DNA of 64,000 nucleotides, from NCBI GenBank assembly GCA_002269645.1, contig NIVC01000916.1:124001-188000 (forward strand), read 5' to 3'. This document shows positions 22,337-36,404 of this stretch, piece by piece. Every line of letters begins with the position of its first letter. Positions within the stretch are counted from its first letter, which is position 1. The notes beneath the pieces were generated by a model. That model saw nothing but the letters and a program-made list of their open reading frames with translations, had not been told where the DNA came from and searched no databases. The stretch comes from Macrostomum lignano (Eukaryota). Made by a program: the position numbers and the translations under genes.

Positions 22337-23149
22337 ATGACTTCGCAGCTCGTTGAATTTCGCAACGGCACGACGGCCTCGCCCGGGGGCAGCGCTGGGC
22401 CGACACCGCGAGCGCAGAACCAAGGTGAGGGTCACGTGACAATTACTGTGCCCCCTCCCCTATCTGCTGAGTCTCTAACCAACCAGAATCGTCCCTAACC
22501 CACAATCTACCCCCTTGGTACACTGGCCAATAAGAAGCGTCCTGCGGGACCCTCCCTATCCTCTCATCTATCCATCTACCCTCTAGCCAATTAGAAGCGT
22601 CCTGCGGGACCCTCCCTAACCCCCAATCTACCCCCTTGGTCCTAACCCTCAATCTACCCCTTGACTCACTGGCCAATCAGAATCGTCCTAATCCTGAAAT
22701 CATCCTCTCGACGCCGCACGCAGCCAATAAGAATCGCTTAACCAAACAGTTTGATCACCCGTTTATCTTGGCAGTCCTACCCAAGATCAGGTCGGGAGCC
22801 AACAGGCACCAGGACGAGGACCAGAAGCAGCAGCAGCAGCAGCCGGGCCAGGCCCCAAATGACTACCTGCCAGACGAGGTGATTTTCTCCCTCACTCAGC
22901 CGCCGGATTTTGTCGGCGCCGATTTGCCATCGTCGGTGGCGCGGCCTCGCGCACTGCCGAAGCCGTCCAACGTTTGGAATTATCCAAAGCGCCGTGAGAA
23001 GCTCAAGCATCTCACCGACTCAACGATCTGCGTATGCGGCGCCGGCAAGTGAGTAGCCATCGCGTGGGGAACGAAATTCAGCGCAGCTGCTCCAAAGTGG
23101 ATGTCAACTTAATCGGAAATGACAGGGTTAGAGTTAGTTAGTTAGTTAC

Positions 23150-23214
<65 letters not shown>

Positions 23215-23296
23215 CAGTTAGTTAGTTAGTTGGTTAGTTAGTTAGTTAGTTAGTTGGTTAGTTAGTTAGTTAGTTGGTTAGTTAGTTAGTTAGTTG

Positions 23297-23351
<55 letters not shown>

Positions 23352-23352
23352 G

Positions 23353-23397
<45 letters not shown>

Positions 23398-23426
23398 CTA
23401 GCTATTTAGTTAGCTAGTTAGTTAGC

Positions 23427-23511
<85 letters not shown>

Positions 23512-23532
23512 GGTTAGTTAGTTAGTTAGTTG

Positions 23533-23606
<74 letters not shown>

Positions 23607-23607
23607 C

Positions 23608-23638
<31 letters not shown>

Positions 23639-23707
23639 CAGTTAGTTAGTTAGTTAGTTAGTTAGTCAGTTAGTTAGTTAGTTAGTCAGTTAGTTAGTTA
23701 GTTAGTC

Positions 23708-23750
<43 letters not shown>

Positions 23751-23763
23751 CAGTTAGTTAGTC

Positions 23764-23802
<39 letters not shown>

Positions 23803-26800
23803 CAGTTAGTTAGTTAGTTAGTTAGTTAGTCAGTTAGTCAGTTAGTTAGTTAGTTAGCTAATAAACGCACTGATGAAATCCTGACTAATTCGCAGGGACA
23901 TTTCGTTTCTGTACGACGCGCCGAGCGCGGTGAAGTCACTGGAGGCCAAGGCGACCGCGACAGCCACCGAGGACCCCTCGCTGGTCCGGGAGCAGGCGCG
24001 CAAGCAGAAGCAGCAGCGTCGGAGGCTGCAGGCGCAAGGCGGCGAGCCCAAGGAGGCCCGCCTGCCCGACACTCTCATTCCGGAGGAGTTTCACGTGGTG
24101 AAAAACAAAGCGGTGGTCGGGCTGGAGTACAATCCCAGGTGAGTCGATGTACTTTTTCCCTGACCGCTAGTTTGCCAGTTAGTTCAATTGGGAGGCTGTG
24201 GACACTGCGGCAATTCAAGAGCTACTCTCTGCCTTTTTTCAATTGTCACTAATGCTGGAAAACGATGATGCAAATTTCCAGCGATCATTCCACCCAACTG
24301 GAGGACCACGAAAAGCACCTGGTGATGTTTCCATCCTTGTAAGTTGTTATTCGATAAGCTTAAAAAATTTACTGTAAGTAGTTGATTTTCTAAATCTATG
24401 CGACCTCAAATCATCGGCAGGAAGCCCACCAGTCGCTGGGAGGTGCTGCAGCTGTCGAAGACCTTCGACCAGATGCTGGCCAGCGTCGGAGTTGATGAAG
24501 AATTCGAGGTGACGGGCCCGACCCAGATGCACCGGCTGCTGGACCTGGTGAAGCGCGAGCAGGACGTGTACAACGTCGTGTTTCACGAGCTCATTCGCCA
24601 GGTGACCGTCGAGTGCGTCGAGCGCGGCCAGCTGCTGTCGACCCTGCGCGGCCGCTACAACCTGTTGCTGTCGAAGGTGCCCGCCCAGGTGAAGAGTCTG
24701 CACGATGAAGTGATGGCGCAGCGAGCACTCGACCGCCGCCTAACTGAGGAGCTGCTACGTTTCAAAACCACCATCGGGGTGCTGACTGCCGAGCTTGTCG
24801 ACGTCAAGGATCACGACAGGCAGATCAGCGGTGAGGCGCGGGCTACGCAGGAGGAGCTCCGGAAAGCGCTGGAGGAGGCGAAGCGGTCGGCCGACCTGCT
24901 GGGCGAGTACCACGGTCTGTACGAACTGCAGCGGGCGAGACTGGAAGATCAGGTGCGAGCCAGTTGTATAATTGCGTGTTTACTTTTATAGAGCAAAAGT
25001 GCAGATGTATCTTTTACCAAACAGTTCGTGTTAGTACAAAAGGACATCTGTATTTTTCAAGTACGAGTATATTGGAAATTTTCTGTTAAGAGTAAATGGG
25101 TACTTTTCTGCTAAATTGCAGATGTACTTTTTTGCTTAAGTGCGTATGTACTTTTCTGCTAAAGTGCGTATGTACTTTTCTGGTAAAGTGTGTATGTATT
25201 TTTCTGCTTAATTGTGTATGTATTTTTCTGCTTACGTGTGTATGTACTATTTTGCTTAAGTACGTACGTACTTTTCTGTTAAAGTGTACGTGTACTTTTA
25301 GTATGGGAAAGGTTCTCGTGCACCTAGGTTTCCAATTGTACTTTAACCTAACGGATTAAAGAAGTGCACCTGCTCCTAATATTCAGCATATTTAAGTTTT
25401 ACATTTTAGATGGGCTCAACCTCATTTAATTCAGAAGTTTCATAGGCTAGTGACACATGGTATCTGCACTATTTAAATACAGGTGAGCCAGCTGACTGAG
25501 GAGCGAGAGCTGTGGAGCCACACGGCCTACTGCCTGGCCCTGAAGGTGATGGAGGAGACTCAGCTGGTCTCCTGCAAACGGCTGCACGCGGCCGAGAAAG
25601 CCTGGCAGCATCTGGCCGGCCATTTCTCCGTTCTGCTGTCCGAACGCGACACCGAAGATCTGGCCAGGGTGCAGGCTCTGGTGGACACCTGGCGCGAGAA
25701 AGTCGACGTGTTTGTTGGCCACCTGCGAGTGAGGGACGACAGCAGCAGGAAGAACCTGACCAAGCTGCGCGAGCTGGTCACGGGGCTGCAGGAGAACTTC
25801 GAGGATCAGTTTCTGTGAGTTCGGGGCTCAGGGATCCGCACTGACCCGGTTTCTCTGTTATGACTTCTTAGTTAATCTTATAAGTAGTCAGATACTCGTA
25901 TGATGACTTCTGTCTCAGTCATAGCAGGCATCGTTAATGACCCTTTAGATGGTCATAGCAGGCATTGTTAATGACCCTTTAGATGGTCATAGCAGGCATC
26001 GTTAATGACCCTTAAGATGGTCAAAGCAGGCATTGTTAATGACCCTATAGATGATCATAGCAGGCATCGTTAATGACCCTTTAGATTGTCATAGCAGGCA
26101 TTGTTAATGACCCTTTAGATGGTCATAGCAGGCATTGTTAATGACCCTTTAGATGGTCATAGCAGGCATCGTTAATGACCCTTTAGATTGTCATAGCAGG
26201 CATCGTTAATGAGCGGTTAGATGGTCATAGCAGGCATTGTTAATGACCCTTTAGATTGTCATAGCAGGCATCGTTAATGACCCTTTAGATTGTCATAGCA
26301 GGCATCGTTAATGACCCTTTAGATTGTCATAGCAGGCATCGTTAATGACCCTTTAGATGGTCATAGCAGGCATCGTTAATGACCCTTTAGATTGTCATAG
26401 CAGGCATTGCTAATGACCCTTTAGATGGTCATAGCAGGCATTGTTAATGACCCTTTAGATGGTCATAGCAGGCATCGTTAATGAGCGGTTAGATGGTCAT
26501 AGCAGGCATCGTTAATGAGCGGTTAGATGGTCATAGCAGGCATCGTTAATGACCGGTTAGATGGTCATAGCAGGCATCGTTAATGACCGGTTAGATGGTC
26601 ATAGCAGGCATCGTTAATGACCGGTTAGATTGTCATAGCAGGCATCGTTAATGACCGGTTAGATGGTCATAGCAGGCATCGTTAATGACCGGTTAGATGG
26701 TCATAGCAGGCATCGTTAATGAGCGGTTAGATGGTCATAGCAGGCATCGTTAATGACCGGTTAGATGGTCATAGCAGGCATCGTTAATGACCGGTTAGAT

Positions 26801-29800
26801 GGTCATAGCAGGCATCGTTAATGACCGGTTAGATGGTCATAGCAAGTGCAGATCATAGGCATTAAAGTTGTTCATCAAGAATAAATCAAAATTTGTCATA
26901 CTGGTCATGAACAATGACCCAATTGAGAAGTATCCATAGTTGTACTCAATAAAGGTGATCTCAATTCTCCCAATTCATTGCAACCTCACTCATTTGCAGC
27001 GTTGAAGATCTCAGGTAAAAATTAATCACGAGCGATTTGAAGTTCATGCACTTTAATTAGAAATTCTGATATGGGACACGTGCGCTTAACCAAGTGAACA
27101 CTTTATGGTTGAATCCAAGCACAAAGCACTTTTTATAAAGGAATTTTGCACTGTTTGGCTAATATGCACGGGTTGTGGAGTTTGCACCCGCAAGCAGTAC
27201 AGATCGCCCCGCGCCGCCACCCTCAGTGACGGCCCCGCCCGACTCAAGCAGCTGCTGACCGCCGAGAACACCTCCCAGGTTCTCGGCAAGCTGCGCGAGC
27301 TTGAGGCCCTGCTGAACAAGGAGGCCAACGCGTTCGGCGGCGACGTGATGTTGGATCTTCAGGAGAGCATGGCCTCGATGAGGCGGCTCATGCTCACCTG
27401 GAATGACACCTGCGTGACGCTGTTTGCGCGGCATCGGGCCGAGGACGGAGCCGAATTCCCCGAGAAGAAGACCATGAGCGCCGTGTCCTCCCTGGTTGAG
27501 AAGCTGATGCGCCAGCTGAATATTCGACTAATTGGCGAGAACGGCGTCGCCAGGGGCGTCATTAATCTGCAGAACATTCTGGAGACGTGGACTACCCGGC
27601 TGCAGTCGGTGCTGAACACCGGCAAGCTGCTGCCGGAGCAGGAGTGGACTCGGTTCTACGCTCTCATCGAGGATTGGCTTGGCCTTATCGACGAGACGAT
27701 CTCCGCGGTTAGTTGGATTATAGATCGATTTTTAGCATCACAAGTGGAAGCAACCCCCACAAAGCATATCGCTATTGGTTCAGGACAATCACGTGACAAT
27801 CCTTTCGTCCAATAGTGTCATTCGAATTGCGTGCGCCTAATCTATTTTTAGCATCACAGTGGAAGCAACCCCCACGAAGCCAATCACGTGACAATTTATC
27901 AATGGTTTATTCGACCAATAGCGTCATGCTATTTTCTCCGGTCTAGGGAAAATCGTGGCGCATTTCTATTTTTATAATCAGTTGGGATAAAGACTTTTTA
28001 CATGTATGATTGCCGGAGAGTACATTAATGTACATGTTCTTTTTTTAGCGTGAGGTTGAAGTTGCTGCCCCCTATTATATAAACTCCAGGTTGGCAGCAC
28101 AGCCAAGGAGGACCAGCCAGCCAATCAGCGCGAGCCCAGCCTGGACCCCAATATGGTAGTGACGGAGGTGGGCAAGTGGGCTAACAAAGTGGCCAGCGGC
28201 ATCGACAGCGAGGACACGCGAATGACAGAATCGGCCAAGCAGCTGCACATCGGCATGCTGCGCTGGATGATCCAGTCCCTGCTGCGCCTGGCCCCGGACT
28301 ATCCAGGAAACAGCCAGGAGGCTCACCAGGCCGCCCTGATGGCGTCCGCCACTCCTGAGGAGCTTCTGGCCTCGTTCAAAGAGCTCGGCGAATGGCTTAC
28401 AAAGTTCACGGTGTACTTAGCCGACTCGTGCTCGGTGATTGTCAGCGGCATCGTGGCGCAGCGTATGGCCGTCAAAGACGAGGATTTCGATAACGAGCAG
28501 GCCGAGCTGATCAGGCTCAAGGTGAGTCCCCTTGCTGTTTGGCGTGAGGGATTCAACCCACAAAGTGGTTTGTTTGCAGGAACTCAAACAACAGTAGACC
28601 TGCAACTAAACGATGAGGCAAGCAGGCATGCTAACTCCATCATGCTCACACAGGGTGTACACAGGGTGTCCTGTCTGTCTAATCGTCAGGCTAGACGATG
28701 TCGCCTAAGCATCAGTTATTGCTTAACCATAAATGCATTCTCCACTGAGCCATCCTAATAGATTTTTGCATAAGGCGACATTTTTTATTAGCCGCGGGGG
28801 GGGGCTATGTGCAACCTGGCGCACTTTAATCGACATCAACACGCAACCGGCGAGAGGCATCACTGCCCATTCCGCCGACTTCTTTGAGCAGGCGCACGCT
28901 CGAATACAGGAGCGTACAGCGGCCCTAACTTTATTTATCGTTAGGCATGTACTTTGGGATTTGGCCATTAAAGGCGTTAATTACGCTAGCAGGGCCAAGC
29001 CGAGATTCCAATTTGCACACGAGAGCGCCGCGCTAGACCACTGGGCTACGGCCCCAGCCCCAGGCCATAAAGCATTCAAACTACATATCGAAACCCCTTG
29101 ACGAACCTCAGCCTCAGCAGGATGAGGAACGGATTAAGAAGCTGCAATCTGTGGGCAGCAAAATTCCGGTAAAAATTAATCAGCCTGAAAGACTTCAGAT
29201 GATACTCTCAATATCATAGATCTTGCGTGAACTTTGTAGACTTTTGTTTTAATTAGCAGACTCCAATTCGCCTTGAGTTTCAGTTTTCCTGAACTGTTTT
29301 TATGCACCCCTTAAATTCGATTTCTGTTCTGTGCCTGGCGATTACTTAAGTCATGGCTCGGCAAACTCGGGCCACGAAGCCTCTCGATCCGGCCCTCGGT
29401 TCTTTTGAACTTCACAATAGCAATCCGGCCCTCGGGTCTTTTGAACTTCACAATAGCAATCCGGCCCTCGGGTCTTTTGAACTTCACAATAGCAATCCGG
29501 TCCTCGGGTCTTTTGAACTTCACAATAGCAATCCGGCCCTCGGGTCTTTTGAACTTCACAATAGCAATCCGGCCCTCGGGTCTTTTGAACTTCACAATAG
29601 CAATCCGGCCCTCGGGTCTTTTGAACTTCACAATAGCAATCCGGCCCTCGGTTCTTTTGAACTTCACAATAGCAATCCGGCCCTCGGGTCTTTTGAACTT
29701 CACAATAGCAATCCGGCCCTCGGGTCTTTTGAACTTCACAATAGCAATCCGGCCCTCAGGTCTTTTGAACTTCACAATAGCAATCCGGCCCGATCAAGGT

Positions 29801-32800
29801 TTGTGTCTCTTCTCAGCTCTCTCGATCCTCTCCTCTCTCCCCTCCTCTCTCCTCTCTCCCCTCCTCTCTCCTCTCTTCCCTCCTCTCTCCCCTTCTCTCT
29901 TCTCTCCTCTCTTCCCTTCTCTCTCCTCTCTCCCCTTCTCTCTTCTCTCCTCTCTCCCCTCTCCTCTTTCCCTTCCTCTCTCCTCTCTCCCCTTCTCTCT
30001 TCTCTCCTCTCTCCCCTCTCCTCTTTCCCTTCCTCTCTCCTCTCCTTTCTCCCCTCCTCTCTCCTCTCTCCCCTCTCCTCTCTCCCCTCCTCTCTCCTCT
30101 CCTCTCTCCTCTCTCCCCTCCTCTCTCCTCTCCTCTCTCCTCTCTCCTCTCTTCCCTCCTCTCTCCCCTTCTCTCTTCTCTCCTCTCTCCCCTCTCCTCT
30201 TTCCCTTCCTCTTTCCCTTCCTCTCCCCTCTCCTCTCTCCTCTCTCCTCTCTCCCCTTCTCTCTCCTCTCTCCCCTCCTCTCTCCTCTCTCTTCTCCTCT
30301 CTCTTCTCCTCTCTCCTCTCCTCTCTCCTCTCCTCTCCCCTCTCCTCTCTCCCCTCTTTCCTCTCCCCTTCTTTTTCCTCTCCCCTCTTCTCTTTCCCTT
30401 CCTCTCTCTTTACTCTCCCCTCCCCTTTGATATTTCTCTCTCCTCTCTCCCTTTTCCTTCTTCTATCTCTCTTTCCCTTCTCTCTCCTCCTCCCAACGCT
30501 CCTCTCTTCTCCTCTGGTCCACAGCCATGTGCTATGTTCTACGAGGTTGGGGGCATCACAAACCCGAAAAATCACAACTCCGAAATTGCTAGCAACGCAC
30601 ATCATAAACCCGAAAAATCACAAACCCGAAAAATCACAACTCCGAAATTGCTAACAACGCACATCATAAACCTGAAAAATCACAAACCCGAAAAATCACA
30701 ACTCCGAAATTGCTAGCAACGCACATCATAAACCCGAAAAATCACAACTCCGAAATTGCTAGCAACGCACATCATAAACCCGAAAAATCACAAACCCGAA
30801 AAATCACAACTCCGAAATTGCTAGCAACGCACATCATAAACCTGAAAAATCACAAACCCGAAAAATCACAACTCCGAAATTGCTAGCAACGCACATCATA
30901 AACCCGAAAAATCACAAACCCGAAAAATCACAACTCCGAAATTGCTAGCAACGCACATCATAAACCTGAAAAATCACAAACCCGAAATATCATAACTCCG
31001 AAATTTCTAGCAATGTCCAACACTAGTTTGGTTTTCGGAGTTGTGATATTTCGGGTTTATGATGAGCGTTGCTATTTTGTTTTTCGGAGTTATGATATTT
31101 CAGGTTTGTGATATTTCGGGTTTATGATGGGAAGTGCTTTCGGAGTTGTGATTTTTCGGGTTTATGATGAGCGTTGCTATTTTGTTTTTCGGAGTTATGA
31201 TATTTCAGGTTTGTGATATTTCGGGTTTATGATGGGAAGTGCTTTCGGAGTTGTGATTTTTCGGGTTTATGATGGCGACCCATTTTCTACGAGTTTAAAA
31301 CGTTCGCCGACCCATGACTTAAAATCGAGTTTTTTGCTGCATATAAAAGATAGAAATTTTTATTTCTTGCGGTAAAACCTTCAAATGATTTCACTGTTTC
31401 TAAAGCAGCTCTCGGCCAAAAGGAGCAAAGGTCAGAGATTTTTGCGATTTTCCTAGAACTGCATTTATCACCTGCCGGGTTCTGGCGCTTCAGACAGGCT
31501 CCTGTGAACTGCTTGTGTTGCACACCTATCCTGCTTCTATGCTTTTGTGTCCTTCTCTTTGCAGACTACTGAACTGTAACGGCAAAGCTTATCACAAGGA
31601 AGGTTTGATCAATACTGTATTAACAAAATGTTTGCGTCACCGAAGTACTTCATCTTTAGTGCACAAAAAAGCCATTTAAATCACTGTTTATATATCGGCT
31701 ATGGATAAGTCGCATATTAATTTTGAGTTCACGAGAATTTCGAGGTGCTCAGTGTTCGAGCATTGCCGAACAGGATGTGTTATTGGTTATTATATGTTAT
31801 CTCTTCACTCTGTCAGCGCCTGCGGGTGCGTTGCTAACGGCGCTTTCTGTTGCTGAGCAAAACAAATGCAAGCAGCCTTCGGCATTGGCTCAAACACTTT
31901 GGCACACCCAGCTCAATAGTGCACTGTATACCTCTGCAAATGCCTTTCACACTCTACTCCAATCTACTCTACTCCAACCCACTCTACTCCAACCCACTCT
32001 ACTCCAACCCACTCTACTCCAACCCACTCTACTCCAATCCACTTTACTCCAACCCACTCTACTCCAACCCACCGACAACCCACTCCACTCCAACCCACTC
32101 TATTCCAACCCACTCTACTCCAACCCACTCTACTCCAACCCACTCTACTCCAACCCACTCTACTCCAACCCACTCTACTCCAACCCACTCTACTCCAACA
32201 CACTCTACTCCAACACACTCTACTCCAACCCACTCTACTCCAACACACTCTATTCCAACCCACTCTACTCCAACCCACTCTACTCCAACCCACTCTACTC
32301 CAACCCACTCTACTCCAACCCACTCTACTCCAACACACTCTACTCCAACACACTCTACTCCAACCCACTCTACTCCAACCCACTCTACTCCAACACACTC
32401 TACTCCAACACACTCTATTCCAACCCACTCTACTCCAACCCACTCTACTCCAACCCACTCTACTCCAACCCACTCTACTCCAACACACTCTACTCCAACC
32501 CACTCTACTCCAACCCACTCTACTCCAACCCACTCTACTCCAACCCACTCTACTCCAACCCACTCTACTCCAACACACTCTACTCCAACACACTCTACTC
32601 CAACCCACTCTACTCCAACACACTCTATTCCAACCCACTCTACTCCAACCCACTCTACTCCAACCCACTCTACTCCAACCCACTCTACTCCAACCCACTC
32701 TACTCCAACACACTCTACTCCAACCCACTCTACTCCAACCCACTCTACTCCAACCCACTCTACTCCAACCCACTCTACTCCAACCCACTCTACTCCAACC

Positions 32801-35026
32801 CACTCTACTCCAACACACTCTACTCCAACACACTCTACTCCAACCCACTCTACTCCAACCCACTCTACTCCAACCCACTCTACTCCAACCCACTCTACTC
32901 CAACCCACTCTACTCCAACACACTCTACTCCAACACACTCTACTCCAACCCACTCTACTCCAACCCACTCTACTCCAACCCACTCTACTCCAACCCACTC
33001 TACTCCAACCCACTCTACTCCAACCCACTCTACTCCAACCCACTCTACTCCAACCCACTCTACTCCAACCCACTCTACTCCAACCCACTCTACTCCAACC
33101 CACTCTACTCCAACCCACTCTACTCCAACCCACTCTACTCCAACCCACTCTACTCCAACCCACTCTACTCCAACCCACTCTACTCCAACCCACTCTACTC
33201 CAACACACTCTACTCCAACACACTCTACTCCAACACACTCTACTCCAACCCACTCTACTCCAACCCACTCTACTCCAACCCACTCTACTCCAACCCACTC
33301 TACTCCAACCCACTCCACTCCAACCCACTCTACTCCAACCCACTCTACTCCAACACACTCTACTCCAACCCACTCTACTCCAACCCACTCTACTCCAACA
33401 CACTCTACTCCAACCCACTCCACTCCAACCCACTCTACTCCACCGTTTTCAGACGGAGGCCCGGGACTGGTGCCACGCGGCAACCTGCATCCTGGAGGAC
33501 CTGGGCTTCCCCTATCACATGATCCCAGACCCCACGCTGGCGGCGAACCTGACCAGGGACCCACGCCAGCCGACTCAGAGCAGCCAGGTGACACAGCCCA
33601 CAATGGCCATTGAAGACTCGCTGCTGGCGCTGCAGGGCCGCCAGCCAGAGGCCTCGGACATCGGGCCGGACGGTCAGCAGATCACCGAACCGGCAACTGA
33701 GGGGTGAGGCGATTCTTGTTGTCATAGTAACGGCAACTTCAACTTCATTGAGACGAGTTACCGCAATCAAACAAACATTGCAATACAGAGGCTACAGAAC
33801 TGCAATAAGCCTACCATGGAATCTGCCCGAAACCGCCTAACAGAACTGCCATAAACCTACCAGGGAATCTACCCGAAACCGCCTCACAGAACTGCCATAA
33901 ACCTACCAGGGAATCTACCCAAAACCGCCTCACAGAACTGCCATAAACCTACCAGGGAATCTACCCAAAACCGCCTCACAGAACTGCCATAAACCTACCA
34001 GGGAATCTACCCAAAACCGCCTCACAGAACTGCCATAAACCTACCAGGGAATCTACCCAAAACCGCCTCACAGAACTGCCATAAACCTACCAGGGAATCT
34101 GCCCGAAACCGCCTCACAGAACTGCCATAAACCTACCAGGGAATCTACCCGAAACCGCCTCACAGAACTGCCATAAACCAACCTCTCCGCCTTCCAGCCT
34201 GGAGCCGCAGCAGCCGCAGCAGCCGCCGCAGCAAGTTGAATTCGCCTCTCCCGTGGAAACTGAGGAACCCAGAGAAGAGTCTGCACAGCAGCCAGATGAG
34301 CAGCCGCAGGAGCAGCCGCAGGAGCAGCCGCAGGAGCAGCCGCTAGACGAGACTGTAGAAGCCATCGGCCCGGACCTCAACGTGCACTCGCGCAGCCTGT
34401 CGCAGTCGCCGGAGTCGCCGCCGCAGGACGTCGTCGCCATGGAACCGGGCGTGCGCGCGCAGACGCCCGACGCTGGGCGCGCCTTCGAAGCGCTGGGCGC
34501 CCTGCAGCAGCTGCAGACGCAGCTCAGGGACGCGGAGCTGCGGGCTACGGAGGCCGAGGAATCGCAGGCGACAGTCCAGCTCGAGCTGCAGGCCGCCAAG
34601 GAGCGGGAGGCCATCCTGGAGGCCAAGGTGGGCGGCTGTGGAGTCTGGGGATTGCATGCTTTCTTAACCGCAATGTGGCCCGGTCCACTCCACCCAACCT
34701 ACTCCACTCCACCCAGCCTACTCCACTCCACCCAGCCTACTCCACTCCACCCAGCCTACTCCACTCCACCCAGCCTACTCCACTCCACACAGCCTACTCC
34801 ACTCCACCCAGCCTACTCCACTCCACACAGCCTACTCCACTCCACCCAGCCTACTCCACTCTACCCAGCCTACTCCGCTCCACCCAGCCTACTCCACTCT
34901 TATCAGCAACACCATAATCATACAAACTATTCGAACTTTCAGCTGGAGGCCCTGAAGAAGGAACTGGAAGAGGCCAGGGCGCCGCCGCCACCAGAGGAGA
35001 AGAAGCCGGATCTGCTGTCCGCCTGA
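22337..35026 (+). CDS. AXDND1: Axonemal dynein light chain domain-containing protein 1, 11 exons, ~1075 aa
   Basis: Exons 22337-22424, 22775-23048, 23896-24138, 24282-24338, 24421-24952, 25483-25814, 27203-27707, 28090-28521, 33453-33703, 34198-34627, 34943-35026. All GT-AG, phases consistent, total 3228 nt. Motifs DISFLYD, LPDTLIPEEFHVV, YNVVFHELIRQVTVECVERGQLL and EYHGLYELQRARLE match AXDND1. Exon 1 and the 3' exons are less certain. Confidence 0.85.
23130..23860. repeat. (GTTA)n tetranucleotide microsatellite, ~180 units, AXDND1 intron 2
   Basis: Direct inspection; occasional GTTG/GTCA/GCTA variants. Confidence 0.97.
25095..25300. repeat. 24-bp degenerate tandem repeat (GTACTTTTCTGCTAAAGTGYGTAT)n, AXDND1 intron 5
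   Basis: About 8 units; gives the CVCTFLLK periodic ORF. Confidence 0.85.
25918..26843. repeat. 34-bp minisatellite (AGATGGTCATAGCAGGCATCGTTAATGACCCTTT)n, AXDND1 intron 6
   Basis: About 27 units; the variant ACCGGTT replaces ACCCTTT towards the 3' end. Confidence 0.95.
29385..29790. repeat. 36-bp minisatellite (GGCCCTCGGGTCTTTTGAACTTCACAATAGCAATCC)n, AXDND1 intron 8
   Basis: About 11 near-identical units with no spacers. Confidence 0.95.
29805..30515. repeat. Polypyrimidine (CT-rich) low-complexity tract
   Basis: About 700 bp almost entirely C/T on the + strand. Confidence 0.95.
30549..31281. mobile_element. Non-autonomous foldback/MITE-like element with internally repetitive inverted arms (62-bp unit)
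   Basis: (AACCCGAAAAATCACA...ACTCCGAAATTGCTAGCAACGCACATCATA)n on + to ~31010, then reverse-complement units 31030-31275. Termini GGGGGCATCACAAACCCG ... CGGGTTTATGATGGCGACCC. No clear TSD. Confidence 0.75.
31950..33441. repeat. 15-bp minisatellite (ACTCTACTCCAACMC)n, ~99 copies, AXDND1 intron 8
   Basis: Tandem units end about 10 nt before the acceptor at 33452. Confidence 0.97.
33800..34180. repeat. 46-bp minisatellite (CAGAACTGCCATAAACCTACCAGGGAATCTACCCRAAACCGCCTCA)n, AXDND1 intron 9
   Basis: About 8 units. Confidence 0.93.
34685..34900. repeat. 20-bp minisatellite (CCCAGCCTACTCCACTCCAC)n, AXDND1 intron 10
   Basis: About 10 units; shares CTACTCCA with the 15-bp array of intron 8. Confidence 0.9.
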
Positions 35027-35904
35027 GCAGCTTCAGACTTTGGCGTATTTTATATGATAAATATTTTGCCATAACTATTTGTATCAGACAATAAAAAACT
35101 ATTTTTACTGCTGTTCCGCAAACGCGTCAATACTACTGCTGTGAGTAGCTTCGATGCGCTTGTCAAACTATTTTTGCTAGTAGCTGTATCTCTGTAAAAA
35201 TGCAGGTTTTCTCAACACAAGAGAATGAAAATTCAATTTGCTGCTGTGATATTTTATTCAAAACTGACCCTTGGTCTAAACTCCCCTCTGCCTTATAAAA
35301 GAAGTTAAAGGTTTTATGAACTGATTTATGAATAATATTTTCGCTTTCCACACTTTAATGAACTTTTGTCTTAATAGCCAAAATAAAAATTGGTTTCTCC
35401 AGGAGCAATTGGCTGATTTGGCCTGATTTGCATCGTCATAAAATCTTGAAAATTTGACAAAAGCAGTCATAAAACCATGCTAATTAAATCTTCTTATTTA
35501 GCTACTTTTAAAATTGAATGTGTGAGTAGTTTTGATGGATTTTGTATGTATTTGCATCTACTAGCTGGGACAAATATTAATCATAAATAATCAAGAGCTT
35601 GTTTTCATTTTAATTAAAAAAATTTGCTGGAGCCACTCAGTCCCGAGTCTCTCCAGGGATTTCTCCGCTTTGTTGAGCCGTGTTGCCACGTGTCGTAAAA
35701 TTTTTGGGTATAAAATTTACCCAAGGGACTTGCGCGAGATCCGGGATCCCCATTTCTTGGAGCAAAGCAGAAAGCTTAGACTCTGCGTATCTAAAAGCAA
35801 AAGCAAACAGTCTCGGAAGACAGGCATATCTTAGCCCCGATCCGATTGAGCTCAACTCTAACAGGTAAAGACTGTCTGACCTTGATTTGTCTCTCTCCGC
35901 CATA

Positions 35905-36392
35905 TACAAACTGGGTCACTCTCTCAGCCACCATCAAACCGGGTCACTCCGCCACCATCAAACCGGGTCACTCCGCCACCATCAAACCGGGTCACTCCGC
36001 CACCATCAAACCGGGTCACTCTATCCGCCACCATCAAACCGGGTCACTCTCTCAGCCACCATCAATCCGGGTCACTCTCTCCACCACCACCAATCCGGGT
36101 CACTCTCTCCGCCACTATCAAACCGGGTCACTCCGCCACCATCAAACCGGGTCACTCCGCCACCATCAATCCGGGTCACTCTCTCCGCCACTATCAAACC
36201 GGGTCACTCCGCCACCATCAAACCGGGTCACTCCGCCATATCAAACCGGGTCACTCCGCCACCATCAAACCGGGTCACTCCGCCACCATCAATCCGGGTC
36301 ACTCTCTCCGCCATATCAAACCGGGTCACTCTCTCCGCCATATCAAACCGGGTCACTCTCTCAGCCACCATCAAACCGGGTCACTCTCTCCG
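35905..36392. repeat. ~24-bp minisatellite (CATCAAACCGGGTCACTCCGCCAC)n
   Basis: About 19 units with CTCT insertions, lying between a donor (35865) and an acceptor (36402). Confidence 0.93.
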
Positions 36393-36404
36393 CCACCCCC
36401 AGCC

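Noticed and set aside
27730-27900. Short duplication of TTTTAGCATCACA(A)GTGGAAGCAACCCCCAC...ATCACGTGACAAT in AXDND1 intron 7
   Set aside because: Simple two-copy local duplication with no further signal.
29120-29170. Possible extra AXDND1 exon (CAG|GAT GAG GAA CGG...DEERIKKLQSVGSKIP|GT)
   Set aside because: Exon 8 joins the 33453 exon in phase without it and I recognise no homology; it cannot be excluded without RNA data.
25918-34180. 34-, 36- and 46-bp arrays as CRISPR-like repeats
   Set aside because: Units are head-to-tail with no unique spacers, the context is eukaryotic introns, and no cas genes are present.
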